A stretch of DNA of 26,674 nucleotides from an uncultured bacterium (GCA_965612795.1 CBFDTI010000010.1:1-26674); one strand, 5' to 3'; shown: positions 9,194 to 20,315, counted from the first letter of the stretch. Made by a program: numbers and translations. The notes: a model not told the origin generated them from the letters alone.

Positions 9194-9221
9194 TTGTTTA
9201 TTGGAAGTTCAACCTTACTTT
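9194..9221 (+). promoter_or_regulatory. Putative leaderless promoter of tatD
   Basis: TTGTTT (9194), N16, TACTTT (9216-9221), N5, ATG (9227). The TTG is 33 nt before the ATG. Confidence 0.5.
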
Positions 9222-9226
9222 ATAGG

Positions 9227-9997
9227 ATGCGACTCATCGACACACATGCACACCTACAAGGGCCCGAATTCAACCGCGACCTCGAACCCGTACTTGCACG
9301 TGCAGTAAAAGCTGGTGTCCAGCTGATCATAAACGTAGGGTATGACCTGAACTCCTCCAAACGTGCCATCCAACTCTATCGCAAATACCCCATGTTACCA
9401 CCAGCTGTGGGTATACACCCACATGATGCAAAGACATGGTCGGATGAGGTTGAATCCTCACTCCGCAGGTGGGCAGGTTCACCCCACGTAGTTGCTATAG
9501 GTGAGATAGGGCTCGACTTTTACAAAGACTATTCACCACGTGCACAACAGTTGCAGGTGCTCGAGAAGCAACTCCAGATAGCGCTCGATTACAGGTTACC
9601 CGTCATCCTACACGTACGCAATGCGTACATGGATATACTTAATGTTTTAAAGAACTTCCCCTCACTACGTGGTGTACTGCATGCATTCTCCGGTAGCCCC
9701 GCCATCGCTGATAAGTTTGTATCCATGGGTTGGCACATAGGTGTGGGTGGTGTCATCACATTCTCCAACGCACGTAAGTTACAGGAAGTGGTTCAACGCA
9801 TACCGGTTGAATACATAGTCCTGGAGACAGATGCACCATTCCTTACACCACACCCATATCGAGGTAAAAGGAACGAACCTTCATACCTTAAATTTATCTG
9901 CCAGCAGCTGGCTGCTATTCTGCAACGTACCCCAGATGAGGTTGCTGAAATCACCTACTTGAATGCCAAACGCCTATTTCCGCGTTTAAGAAGCTGA
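9227..9997 (+). CDS. tatD: TatD-family metal-dependent hydrolase/nuclease
   Basis: LIDTHAHL, GIHPH, AIGEIGLDF, ILHVR, VLHAF, LETDAPFL and RGKRNEP. The start is moved to ATG 9227 (MRLIDTHAH). Confidence 0.93.
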   Translation: MRLIDTHAHLQGPEFNRDLEPVLARAVKAGVQLIINVGYDLNSSKRAIQLYRKYPMLPPAVGIHPHDAKTWSDEVESSLRRWAGSPHVVAIGEIGLDFYKDYSPRAQQLQVLEKQLQIALDYRLPVILHVRNAYMDILNVLKNFPSLRGVLHAFSGSPAIADKFVSMGWHIGVGGVITFSNARKLQEVVQRIPVEYIVLETDAPFLTPHPYRGKRNEPSYLKFICQQLAAILQRTPDEVAEITYLNAKRLFPRLRS

Positions 9998-11182
9998 TCA
10001 CTCTTCATGTATCAATTTCCTGTCACGTTTCTTCACACCTAACCACAGCAGATCACGTGGCTCATCATGCTCCATAACGTAGCGGATGGCAGCTTCTATC
10101 ATCTCAGGTGTTACATCTCTACCACCCAACCCTGTGACAAATCCCCACATCGGTATGTACTCTGCACGGTTATACAATGCGGATTTTACCTCCTGAAAGA
10201 ATATCCCACTTTGGCCAAAACTTATGTTACGGTCAAGTACTAACACCTTCTTTGCACCCTTAAGTGCATTAACCACATCTTCAGCAGGGAACGGCCTAAA
10301 CACCCGTATTTTCACTAACCCAACCGGATAGCCCTTTTTCTGTAGCTCATCCACTATCACCCTCGTTGTACCTGTAACATCGCCAGCTGTCACCACCCGT
10401 ATATCGGTACCTTCGGTTTTGTATTCCTCTATCAACCCATACCTGCGACCAAAGTATTGATAAAACTCGTCATCCACTTCCCTTATCACATGTTTCGCAT
10501 CCTCCATAGCTTTCTGTATCTGATAACGTAGCTCAAAGTACCAGTCAGGTCCTGTGAGCCCACCGAATGCGGCTGGGTTGTCGGGATCCAAGTAATATCT
10601 TGGCTGATACGGTGGTAAGAACTTATCCACAAGCTCCTGATCAGGTATCTCCACAGGTTCTGACGTATGTGATAACACAAATGCTGCCAACACTATCATG
10701 CTGGGTAATAACACCTTTTCCGACACCTTATATGCCTGTATCACCGTGTCCAGCACCTCTTGGTTGCTTTCAGCGTAAAACTGCATTATACCGGTATCAC
10801 GTTGTGCTAAACTATCGTTCTGTTCTGTCCATATCGACCATGGTGGTGCCATAGCGCGGTTGATGTTACCCAGCACGATCGGTAACCTCGCACCCACCGC
10901 CCAGTGTATCACCTCATGCATATACGCTAACCCCTGTGCCGAAGTTGCGGTAAATGCACGTACACCAGCTGCTGATGCACCTACAACCGCTGCCAGTGCG
11001 GAATGCTCGGATTCTACCTTTATGAACGTAGCATCCAGCTCACCGGTTGCACACATATCGGCGAGCAACTCCACCACCTCCGTCTGTGGTGTGATGGGGT
11101 ATGCAGCTATAACTTTCACGCGTGCAAGTTTCACTCCATACGAAAGAGCATGGTTGCCCATCAAAAGTTCAACAGTGGCCAT
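9998..11182 (-). CDS. porA: 2-oxoacid (pyruvate/ketoisovalerate):ferredoxin oxidoreductase alpha subunit, four-subunit type
   Basis: GNHA, AAYPITPQT, VESEHSA, RAFTATSAQGL.YMHE, NRA..PWSI, KIRVFRPFP, VLDRNISFG and GLGGRDV. Substrate specificity cannot be assigned from sequence. Confidence 0.88.
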   Translation of the reverse strand: MATVELLMGNHALSYGVKLARVKVIAAYPITPQTEVVELLADMCATGELDATFIKVESEHSALAAVVGASAAGVRAFTATSAQGLAYMHEVIHWAVGARLPIVLGNINRAMAPPWSIWTEQNDSLAQRDTGIMQFYAESNQEVLDTVIQAYKVSEKVLLPSMIVLAAFVLSHTSEPVEIPDQELVDKFLPPYQPRYYLDPDNPAAFGGLTGPDWYFELRYQIQKAMEDAKHVIREVDDEFYQYFGRRYGLIEEYKTEGTDIRVVTAGDVTGTTRVIVDELQKKGYPVGLVKIRVFRPFPAEDVVNALKGAKKVLVLDRNISFGQSGIFFQEVKSALYNRAEYIPMWGFVTGLGGRDVTPEMIEAAIRYVMEHDEPRDLLWLGVKKRDRKLIHEE

Positions 11183-11188
11183 CCTTCT

Positions 11189-11215
11189 AAGATAAGAGTT
11201 TTAAATTAGCGTCAA
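11189..11215 (-). promoter_or_regulatory. Putative leaderless promoter of porA
   Basis: Minus strand reads TTGACG (11215-11210), N15, TATCTT (11194-11189), AGAAGG, ATG (11182). Confidence 0.7.
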
Positions 11216-11261
11216 GGATATCTGTTATTTACAGGTTAACTTCGGGATAAAGCTTGCCCTT

Positions 11262-14021
11262 TTAAAACTCAGGGCCGAACGATACATACCAATAAGGTAC
11301 AGAGTATCTAACCAAATCCGTATGCCACGCACATGTAACCTGTAACACAAAATAGCCAAGGTTCATCCTTATCCCCGTACCGAAGCCCAACTTTAGATCC
11401 TTTAACCTACCATTCTCGTACAACCTAAGTTCGCGTAGGTTATTGGTTGCAAACCCCATATCAACAAATACCCCTCCTCTTATATTACGCAGGTACAGAG
11501 GTAACGGGAACGCTATCTTGAGGTTATCGATGAACGGATATCGTAACTCGGTATTCCATACACCAATATGGTAACCACTAAATTCACCATAGTCGTAACC
11601 ACGTAAATCGTCCGGCCCCCCAATCCACAACGGCGTATAGTGGTATAGCTGTCGGCTGAGCAATCCCGCAAATATAAACCTATTCGCCCAAGTATAACGT
11701 GCAGTCAACCTCGTATAGTGTCGATAGTCCAGCTCATAATATGTGGCGGATGCTACCTTTGGCTGTATAGGTACTACGTGTTCTAATGATAACGATGCAC
11801 GTGTACCTATTGCCGGGCCGGTACTCCTCCATAGTGCATTATCGATTACGTATGAGGTACGTATATCCAGCAGATCGTAGTACTGGGTGTAAATTCTAGC
11901 AAGATACATCTCTTCCTTAACATCAACAAACCCTACCCATAAGTCAACCCTATGAAACCTATCTATTGGATATGAAAATGCATTACCTATCCCCAACATC
12001 CGCAAATATGTCCAACACCCATACTTGTAGTTGTAGTAATAACCGCCAACCTTCGAGAAATAGAATAGCCAATCCCATCTCTTGGGTAGATACCAGTAAA
12101 TAAACAGTATGTTCGAGTTGGCGAGATCGCTAGGATTGTCCAGATCCACGTAAAACCTATGGTTACCCAATATATCCGAAAATGCGAGGTTCAACCTCGT
12201 GTATATCCCGCCATAACTTGAATATTCGATACTACCAAATATCCAGTCAGGTGCAAGCTCAAACCCCATCGCACGTGTCTTGAAGGGCGCAAACTCCGTA
12301 GGTACCGCATGCACGTACTCTACCTCCGGTGGTGTATATTGTGAACCTAATTGCTTAAGCGGTTCTTTCACTATAAATATGTCCCATCCACCGTTATTAT
12401 ACACACTCATTGCAAGATATTTGCCGTCTGGTGTTACTGTTGGCGAGTATATACCGCCCATAATTTCAAGTTTATGATATAGCTCTTCTTTGCCAATGTC
12501 CCAAACATATAAATCGTAGCTACCCTCCCAATCCGCTACAAACATTATCTTATCACCCACCACCATGGGGTATCGCATATACTTTGCCCTGTATGGCATG
12601 ATACTATAGAGGTAGCCATCACGTACGTTAAGCACATAAAGTCCATAAACCCCATAATACCAAACTGTATCCTTCCTGTTCTGCCTGTCAGATACGAAGA
12701 CTATGGTGCTGCTATCCATCCACCACGGATCTTTATCATCGTATACATCGTCTGTGAGCTTTCTTATCTCGTCAGTGGCAATATCCACAATATAAAGGTC
12801 AGCTTGTCCATCCTTTGTCCCTCTAAACACTATGTATTTACCATCTGGTGAATACTTTGGCTTATATACTGCATCGAGGTGCGGCTTTATCGTGTGTCTG
12901 ATCTTGCCACGCTCAACATCATATATGTAAAGTACGTCTTCTTTACCTTTTTTGGCTACAAAGACCACTTCACGTCGCTGTGGATGCCAATCGATACCAC
13001 CCCATGCCAGATGTAGCGATTCGAACATTTCACTTTGACCACCCGTGATCAACTTCTTCCGTATTTCTCCCGTAAACGTAGATGCCAAGTATATCGCATC
13101 ATATCCATCACGATCCGATATATAGACCAGCTCCTTACCATCCGGCGATATAGCAGGCGCTATATTGAACACATAATCGGTATGTTTTGTCACCATGATC
13201 GCAGTCTCTGGTACCCTGCGCTTTTGTGCCCATAACGACCAGTACTTCCTACGTAAGAAGTCACGCCACATTAGGTTAAGCTCCTCCAACGACACGTGTA
13301 ATACCTTCTCTATGCCACCCTTCAGGCCTTGCCTTAGGTTCATGGAATAGAATATTTCGCCAATCTTTTTCTCCCCATATGTTTGTGCAATAAAATACAT
13401 TATAGATTGGCCCTCTTTGTACATAAGGTATGTACCTTCGATAAGATCCAGATCCTGTATGGATACCAACCTCTCGTTAAACAGCGCATCTCCGATTATC
13501 ATTTGTGTTTCGACATCCCAGCCTAACGAAAAATACTCAGCCATACCTTCGATATACCATAATGGTATGTTGTAGATTGTGGTCTTGGGTATCAATGCAG
13601 ATAACCCGGTACCGTACAGGATATCATATTGGAACGCATGTACAAGCTCGTGCACCAATACGTGTCTAAAATCTTCATATGAACCATTAAATGGTACCAC
13701 TATACGGTTTTTGAACATCTCCGTGAACCCACCCACTGACTCCTCTATCAGGTACGGTATCACATTTGTACCTTCGAAATCTATGTATGACGTGTACAGT
13801 ATAACCGGCACCTTTCTTGACAGCTCATGTGCAAGCGCCTCCGCAATACGTTTTTGTGCATCTTCCAACACATATGCAGCAAACTTGGCTAACTTTTCGC
13901 CTCCTTCGTAATAGTATATGTCAAAATGTTCGGTCTCCATAACATGCCAATCATACTCCCTATACTGTATTTTGTTCTGCCCAAACTGCCACTGTGCTAA
14001 TAGTATAATTAACCAAATCAT
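11262..14021 (-). CDS. Outer-membrane fusion protein: Zn-metallopeptidase-like domain, TolB/PD40 beta-propeller and Omp85/BamA-like barrel
   Basis: FGQNKIQY, HELVH plus PLWYIEGMAEY; repeats such as PAISPDGK, PKYSPDGKYIVF and PTVTPDGK; the Omp85 loop motif GGPDDLRGY, ELRYP, GFGTGIR and a terminal Phe. The start is set at ATG 14021 (GGAG SD, ATGA overlap with the upstream gene). Confidence 0.82.
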   Translation of the reverse strand: MIWLIILLAQWQFGQNKIQYREYDWHVMETEHFDIYYYEGGEKLAKFAAYVLEDAQKRIAEALAHELSRKVPVILYTSYIDFEGTNVIPYLIEESVGGFTEMFKNRIVVPFNGSYEDFRHVLVHELVHAFQYDILYGTGLSALIPKTTIYNIPLWYIEGMAEYFSLGWDVETQMIIGDALFNERLVSIQDLDLIEGTYLMYKEGQSIMYFIAQTYGEKKIGEIFYSMNLRQGLKGGIEKVLHVSLEELNLMWRDFLRRKYWSLWAQKRRVPETAIMVTKHTDYVFNIAPAISPDGKELVYISDRDGYDAIYLASTFTGEIRKKLITGGQSEMFESLHLAWGGIDWHPQRREVVFVAKKGKEDVLYIYDVERGKIRHTIKPHLDAVYKPKYSPDGKYIVFRGTKDGQADLYIVDIATDEIRKLTDDVYDDKDPWWMDSSTIVFVSDRQNRKDTVWYYGVYGLYVLNVRDGYLYSIMPYRAKYMRYPMVVGDKIMFVADWEGSYDLYVWDIGKEELYHKLEIMGGIYSPTVTPDGKYLAMSVYNNGGWDIFIVKEPLKQLGSQYTPPEVEYVHAVPTEFAPFKTRAMGFELAPDWIFGSIEYSSYGGIYTRLNLAFSDILGNHRFYVDLDNPSDLANSNILFIYWYLPKRWDWLFYFSKVGGYYYNYKYGCWTYLRMLGIGNAFSYPIDRFHRVDLWVGFVDVKEEMYLARIYTQYYDLLDIRTSYVIDNALWRSTGPAIGTRASLSLEHVVPIQPKVASATYYELDYRHYTRLTARYTWANRFIFAGLLSRQLYHYTPLWIGGPDDLRGYDYGEFSGYHIGVWNTELRYPFIDNLKIAFPLPLYLRNIRGGVFVDMGFATNNLRELRLYENGRLKDLKLGFGTGIRMNLGYFVLQVTCAWHTDLVRYSVPYWYVSFGPEF

Positions 14022-14464
14022 TTTATACTCCTGACCCAAAATCCAATCGCCATACCCAATGCAAATGTTATCACTAATATCAACACCAGCAACCGCACCC
14101 GTACCACATGTAGACTTTTACCCCTGAGTATAGCGAATAATGCCAAAATGTACGCTAACCCGTTAAGAAACCATACCACTGGCAAGCTTATAACACGTGC
14201 AAGATAGTGCCCTATACCGGGTATGAGATTTACCAATCCAACAAAAAACGTAAATAGCTGGCTGAATACCGATACTATCAGTACACCCAGCGCTATCAAC
14301 CACTTATGCCAATGTAATCGCCACCCTAATATTACAATTATCGCAACTGCTAGGATACCGGCTATCAATATCTTATACCTGCGCCGCCAGAAGCCTGGCT
14401 GTATCGTGAATTGCTCAAGCTCCTCAATATATTCCTTACCAGCGCACGCTTCTGAGTCTGACAT
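14018..14464 (-). CDS. Hypothetical membrane protein (about 4 TM helices)
   Basis: Hydrophobic segments and NLIPGIG. It fills the gap between dnaE and the Omp85 gene. The start is uncertain (overlaps the dnaE end by 29 nt). Confidence 0.7.
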   Translation of the reverse strand: MSDSEACAGKEYIEELEQFTIQPGFWRRRYKILIAGILAVAIIVILGWRLHWHKWLIALGVLIVSVFSQLFTFFVGLVNLIPGIGHYLARVISLPVVWFLNGLAYILALFAILRGKSLHVVRVRLLVLILVITFALGMAIGFWVRSIK

Positions 14465-17400
14465 TTGGCTTACCCAGTAAATTTTGTAGTCTTTTGATTA
14501 ACCTATCATCTGGTGACACCAATATCTTACGTGGCCGTAACGTGTATAGTGTTTCACCATTTTTAACAAAGTTGAGCCTCACCTCAGTCACACCCGAACT
14601 CCCCATAAGTAATTGATGTAACTTATTTAGGTCATCCTCCGTAGTTGTTACAATGTTGAGGTATAGATCGATCCAACTTGTCAACCGCTTCCTTGCTTCT
14701 TGTAGCGATACTATTTTATCAGCTATTATACGGGGTGCTTCTTCTCCTTCTTGGTGTGCAACTTTACCTTTTACAAGTAACTCATCACCTTTGGCTATCT
14801 CTCTTTCACCAAACAGGTCTGGGAACACGGTAACCTCAACTTTGCCCGTCATATCTTCAAGTTCAGCAAACGCCATCTTCTGTCCCTTCTTGTTTTTAAT
14901 AACTTTAACCCGTGTAACAATCCCTGCTATGCTTACAGACTCGGCTTCCCCATAATGATGAAGCTCCGCTATCGTGGTTGTAGTGAATGCATCGATCACA
15001 TCCTCGTATTTGTTTAACGGGTGTCCCGAAAGGTAAAACCCAAGTGCTTCACGTTCCATCGAAAGCACCGAGGCGCTTTCGCTCTCGTCTACCTTCTCAT
15101 CTGTCATCGTTTCGGTAAATAGTGATAACTGTTGTGATGCCTTATTTTCCAGCATCTGCAACAACCTGTAGCGGTCGGGGTTAAGGTTGTCGAAGCTACC
15201 CGCTTTTATGAGGTTTTCCATCGCCTTTTTATTTATATTTTTGACGTCTCTACGTTGCATAAAGTCGTTGAAGCTACTGAATTTACCTCTTTTACGCTCT
15301 TTAACAATGCTATCAATAGCTTTTTTGCCAACATTTTTGATAGCCCCCAACCCAAACCTTATTTTACCATCAACTGGCTTAAACTCGTAGTCACTTTCAT
15401 TTATGTCAGGCGGCAATATCTCAATCCCCATACGTCTACATTCGCTTAGGAGTATCCTAATTCTATCGGTATCGTTCATCTCACTAGTAAGTAAAGCTGC
15501 CATAAACTCTACGGGGTGGTTTGCCTTCAAATATGATGTCCAATACGCTATGAGTGCATAGCCGGCAGAGTGTGACTTATTGAACCCATATCCAGCAAAT
15601 GGTTCCATATACTCAAATATTTTACGTGCAGTGCTCTCATCTACACCTTTCTTCTTTGCACCTTCAACAAATTTCTCCTCCATCTTGCGCATAACTTCTT
15701 TCTCTTTTTTACCCATAGCACGTCGCAAGAGGTCAGCCTCACTGAGTGAGAACCCCGCCACTTGATGTGCTATTTGTATCACCTGTTCCTGATACAGGAT
15801 CACACCATAGGTTTCTTTGAGTATAGGTTCGAGCATCGGATGTAGGTAAGTTACAGGTTCTTCACCTCGTTTACGTTTTATGAAGGTTTCCTTTTGTTCC
15901 ATAGGGCCAGGCCTGTATAATGCAAGTACGGCCATAATATCTTTGAAATTTGTGGGCTTCAACCGCTTCAATATGCTGCGCATACCTTCGCTTTCCAATT
16001 GAAATACGCCCACTGTCTCGCCACGCTGCAGTAACCTGAACGTCTTGCTATCATTGAGTGGTATTTTATCTATTTCAATACCTCTTTCCTTGAGATATTG
16101 TTTAGTCTTCTCGATCACTGTCAACGTACGTAACCCCAGTATATCTATTTTCAATAAACCTATCTTTTCGAGCGATTTCATAGAATACTGTGTCATTATA
16201 TTGCCATCGGGTGCCTTGTACAGTGGGACGAACTCCGTCAACTCCTTGGGAGTTATAACAATACCGGCTGCATGGGTTGACACGTGACGTGCCACCCCTT
16301 CTAACCGTTTGGCGATCTCTATCATCCGCTTATATTCATCTTTGGAAGCTATCAACTTACGTAACTCCTTATCCTCCATGGCCTGTTCGAGTGACATACC
16401 CATCGGTATCTTCTTAGCGATCCTATCAACCTCACCATAGGGTATACGCAATATGCGGCCTACATCACGTACAACTGCACGTGATGCCATGGTACCAAAC
16501 GTTATTATCTGTGCAACATTATTTTTACCGTATCTCTCCTCAACATGTGCAATGATCTTATCTCGCTGTTCATCACCAAAATCTATATCCACATCGGGTA
16601 ACGACACCCTAGAGGGGTTAAGGAAGCGTTCAAATAACAGATTATACTTAAGCGGATCTATCTCCGTAACACCTAACACATACAGTGTGAGGCTACCAAC
16701 AGCTGAACCGCGCCCCGGACCGACAGGTACACCCATGGTCTTAGCTGACTGCACAATATCGTTTATTATAAGGAAGTAACTGGCGAAATTGAGCTTATTT
16801 ATAACACTGAGCTCATACTTGAGCCGCTCCTCAGCTTTTTTGTTACCAGTTGGGTAGCGACGTCGAAACCCTTCCCACGCAAGATGTTCAAGGTATGCGG
16901 ATGGAGTGTCGAACCCCTCCGGTAGCTCGCAACTCGGCAGGTGTGCATTTACAGGATCAAGCTCTATGAGTAGGTTGCATTGTTCGGCAATCTTAAGTGT
17001 ATTTTCGATAGCTTCAGGATGATCCGAGAACAAACCCACCATCTCATCCGGTGACTTAAAGTAGATCTCCTCACTCTCCATACGGAAACGGTCGGTCTCA
17101 TCTATGTAAGTGTTCGTCTGTATGGCGAGTAGCGCATCGTGTGCCTCTTTATCTGTACGATCGATAAAGTGTACATCATTTGTTGCGACGATAGGAATGC
17201 CCAGGTCGCGACTTAGTTTGACCAACCCCGCATTCACGATATCGTTCTCCTTGAACCCAAGTCGCATCATCTCGAGGTAAAACCGGTTATGACCAAAGAT
17301 TTCAAGGTATTCCTTTGCCACTTTATATGCAGTTTCGTAATCGTTACGTAATAGATAATACGGGATTTCGCCCTTAAGGCAGCCCGACATCCCTATTAAT

Positions 17401-17792
17401 CCTTCACTGTAGTTTTTGAGTGTCTCCTTATCTATGCGTGGTTTATAATAGAAGCCCTCAAGATATGCGAGGCTGGTCAGCTTCATCAAGTTCTTGTAAC
17501 CACGTTCGTTCATCGCCAACACTGTAAGATGGAAGTTCGATATTCCACCAACTGTTTTCTTATCTCGCATGGAGGTAGGTGCTATGTAGAACTCTTCACC
17601 TATTATCGGTTTCAGGCCCGCCTTCATCATAGCATCATAGAATTCAATTACACCGAACATATTACCGTGATCAGTGATGGCGATTGCACGATATTTATAG
17701 TCGATGGCTTTCTCGATTAACTTATCAATACGACATGCACCATCCAATAGACTATAATCAGTATGTACATGTAAGTGTATAAATTTATCCAT
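14436..17792 (-). CDS. dnaE: DNA polymerase III alpha subunit
   Basis: PHP domain (HLHVHTDYSLLDG, AITDHG, ATNDVH), GPGRGSAVGS, FERFLNP.R...PDVDIDF, GLLKIDILGL, YGFNKSHSA and an OB fold. No intein-sized insertion. Confidence 0.97.
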   Translation of the reverse strand: MDKFIHLHVHTDYSLLDGACRIDKLIEKAIDYKYRAIAITDHGNMFGVIEFYDAMMKAGLKPIIGEEFYIAPTSMRDKKTVGGISNFHLTVLAMNERGYKNLMKLTSLAYLEGFYYKPRIDKETLKNYSEGLIGMSGCLKGEIPYYLLRNDYETAYKVAKEYLEIFGHNRFYLEMMRLGFKENDIVNAGLVKLSRDLGIPIVATNDVHFIDRTDKEAHDALLAIQTNTYIDETDRFRMESEEIYFKSPDEMVGLFSDHPEAIENTLKIAEQCNLLIELDPVNAHLPSCELPEGFDTPSAYLEHLAWEGFRRRYPTGNKKAEERLKYELSVINKLNFASYFLIINDIVQSAKTMGVPVGPGRGSAVGSLTLYVLGVTEIDPLKYNLLFERFLNPSRVSLPDVDIDFGDEQRDKIIAHVEERYGKNNVAQIITFGTMASRAVVRDVGRILRIPYGEVDRIAKKIPMGMSLEQAMEDKELRKLIASKDEYKRMIEIAKRLEGVARHVSTHAAGIVITPKELTEFVPLYKAPDGNIMTQYSMKSLEKIGLLKIDILGLRTLTVIEKTKQYLKERGIEIDKIPLNDSKTFRLLQRGETVGVFQLESEGMRSILKRLKPTNFKDIMAVLALYRPGPMEQKETFIKRKRGEEPVTYLHPMLEPILKETYGVILYQEQVIQIAHQVAGFSLSEADLLRRAMGKKEKEVMRKMEEKFVEGAKKKGVDESTARKIFEYMEPFAGYGFNKSHSAGYALIAYWTSYLKANHPVEFMAALLTSEMNDTDRIRILLSECRRMGIEILPPDINESDYEFKPVDGKIRFGLGAIKNVGKKAIDSIVKERKRGKFSSFNDFMQRRDVKNINKKAMENLIKAGSFDNLNPDRYRLLQMLENKASQQLSLFTETMTDEKVDESESASVLSMEREALGFYLSGHPLNKYEDVIDAFTTTTIAELHHYGEAESVSIAGIVTRVKVIKNKKGQKMAFAELEDMTGKVEVTVFPDLFGEREIAKGDELLVKGKVAHQEGEEAPRIIADKIVSLQEARKRLTSWIDLYLNIVTTTEDDLNKLHQLLMGSSGVTEVRLNFVKNGETLYTLRPRKILVSPDDRLIKRLQNLLGKPNVRLRSVRW

Positions 17793-17802
17793 TAACCTTT
17801 AA

Positions 17803-17830
17803 ATGTTATCCGAAAACCTTCGCTCATCAA
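17803..17830 (-). promoter_or_regulatory. Putative promoter of the dnaE operon (very short leader)
   Basis: Minus strand reads TTGATG (17830-17825), N16, TAACAT (17808-17803), N10, ATG (17792). Confidence 0.45.
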
Positions 17831-17845
17831 TAGAGATACAGCTGC

Positions 17846-17872
17846 TTGACTGTTGGATTTTATTTTTATCTT
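17846..17872 (+). promoter_or_regulatory. Putative promoter of the tRNA-Gly/tRNA-Leu/obg unit
   Basis: TTGACT (17846-17851), N15, TATCTT (17867-17872), ending 19 nt before the tRNA-Gly. Confidence 0.65.
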
Positions 17873-17891
17873 TATACAGAAGGATATAAAA

Positions 17892-17963
17892 GCGGGAGTA
17901 GCTCAGTGGTAGAGCACAACCTTGCCAAGGTTGGGGTCGCGGGTTCAAATCCCGTCTCCCGCT
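17892..17963 (+). tRNA. tRNA-Gly (GCC), CCA not encoded
   Basis: Acceptor stem GCGGGAG/CTCCCGC, D-arm GCTCAGTGGTAGAGC, anticodon arm CAACC-TT-GCC-AA-GGTTG, T-loop GTTCAAATC and discriminator T. Confidence 0.97.
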
Positions 17964-17964
17964 T

Positions 17965-19430
<1,466 letters not shown>

Positions 19431-19436
19431 GAAAGG

Positions 19437-19463
19437 TTGACCATCTCCCATGGGCTGTATTTT
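19437..19463 (+). promoter_or_regulatory. Putative promoter of the str operon
   Basis: TTGACC (19437-19442), N15, TATTTT (19458-19463). The rpsL ATG is 10 nt later with no SD. Confidence 0.6.
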
Positions 19464-19473
19464 TAATAATGAA

Positions 19474-19854
19474 ATGCCAACTATTAACCAACTAATAAGG
19501 TACGGTAGGAAGCCAAAGAAACGTAAGTCTAAGGCACCGGCGTTGGAAGGGTCACCCCAAAAGCGTGGTGTATGTTTGCGTGTTTATGTAGTGAACCCCA
19601 AGAAACCAAACTCTGCTATGCGTAAGGTGGCACGTGTACGTCTGTCTAATGGTAGGGAGGTCATCGCTTATATACCGGGCGAAGGTCACAATTTACAGGA
19701 GTACTCCAACGTACTTGTGCGTGGTGGCCGTGTCAAGGATTTGCCAGGTGTGAGGTACCACATAGTTCGTGGTGTATATGATGCAGCTGGTGTCGAAGGT
19801 AGAAAGAAGAGCCGCTCAAAGTATGGCACCAAGAGACCTAAAGAGGAGAAATGA
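19474..19854 (+). CDS. rpsL: 30S ribosomal protein S12
   Basis: [44 protein letters not shown] and RSKYG. The true start is the MPT at 19474. Confidence 0.98.
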   Translation: MPTINQLIRYGRKPKKRKSKAPALEGSPQKRGVCLRVYVVNPKKPNSAMRKVARVRLSNGREVIAYIPGEGHNLQEYSNVLVRGGRVKDLPGVRYHIVRGVYDAAGVEGRKKSRSKYGTKRPKEEK

Positions 19855-20315
19855 GGCGCAAACGTGCGGAACCACGTGAGATACCACCCGACCCCAAATA
19901 CGGTAGTGTATTGGTACAGAAGTTGATCAATTGCGTCATGTGGGACGGCAAGAAACGATTAGCTGAAAAGATCGTCTATAAAGCGTTTGAACTCATTGAG
20001 AAGCGTACTAACCAAAACGCACTCACTGTGTTTGAAACCGCACTCGAAAATGTGAAACCCATCATGGAGGTAAGGCCACGTCGTGTAGGAGGTGCCACCT
20101 ATCAGGTGCCGGTGCCTGTGCCACCGCGGCGCCGTGTATCACTTGCAATAAGGTGGATCATTCAAGCTGCACGTGCAAGGAAAGGTGCTCCCATGTATCA
20201 GAAGCTGGCCGAAGAGCTAATATTGGCCAGCCGCAAGGAGGGTGCCGCCTACAAGAAGAAGGAAGATACCCACAGGATGGCAGAAGCCAACAAGGCTTTT
20301 GCCCATTTTAGATGA
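19851..20315 (+). CDS. rpsG: 30S ribosomal protein S7
   Basis: [28 protein letters not shown] and [23 protein letters not shown] and ATGA overlap. Confidence 0.98.
   Translation: MRRKRAEPREIPPDPKYGSVLVQKLINCVMWDGKKRLAEKIVYKAFELIEKRTNQNALTVFETALENVKPIMEVRPRRVGGATYQVPVPVPPRRRVSLAIRWIIQAARARKGAPMYQKLAEELILASRKEGAAYKKKEDTHRMAEANKAFAHFR

Noticed and set aside
9194..9226. ORF-track N-terminal extensions: tatD from 9194, also obg from 18017, rpsL from 19450 and GT4 from 22361
   Set aside because: Family homology starts at the later ATGs, and the extensions overlap promoter elements or tRNA-Leu.
11216..11261. Possible terminator after the Omp85 gene (CTGT-N5-ACAG)
   Set aside because: The 4-bp stem has no U-tract and is too weak.
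14436..17792. Inteins in dnaE or ATPase A, both common intein hosts
   Set aside because: Lengths are normal, motifs are contiguous, and there are no splice-junction or LAGLIDADG signatures.
20310..20315. rpsG ends AHFR-TGA where many S7 proteins end in RW, hinting at TGA=Trp recoding
   Set aside because: TGG is used for Trp throughout, no conserved gene has an internal TGA, and several genes end cleanly in TGA within ATGA overlaps.
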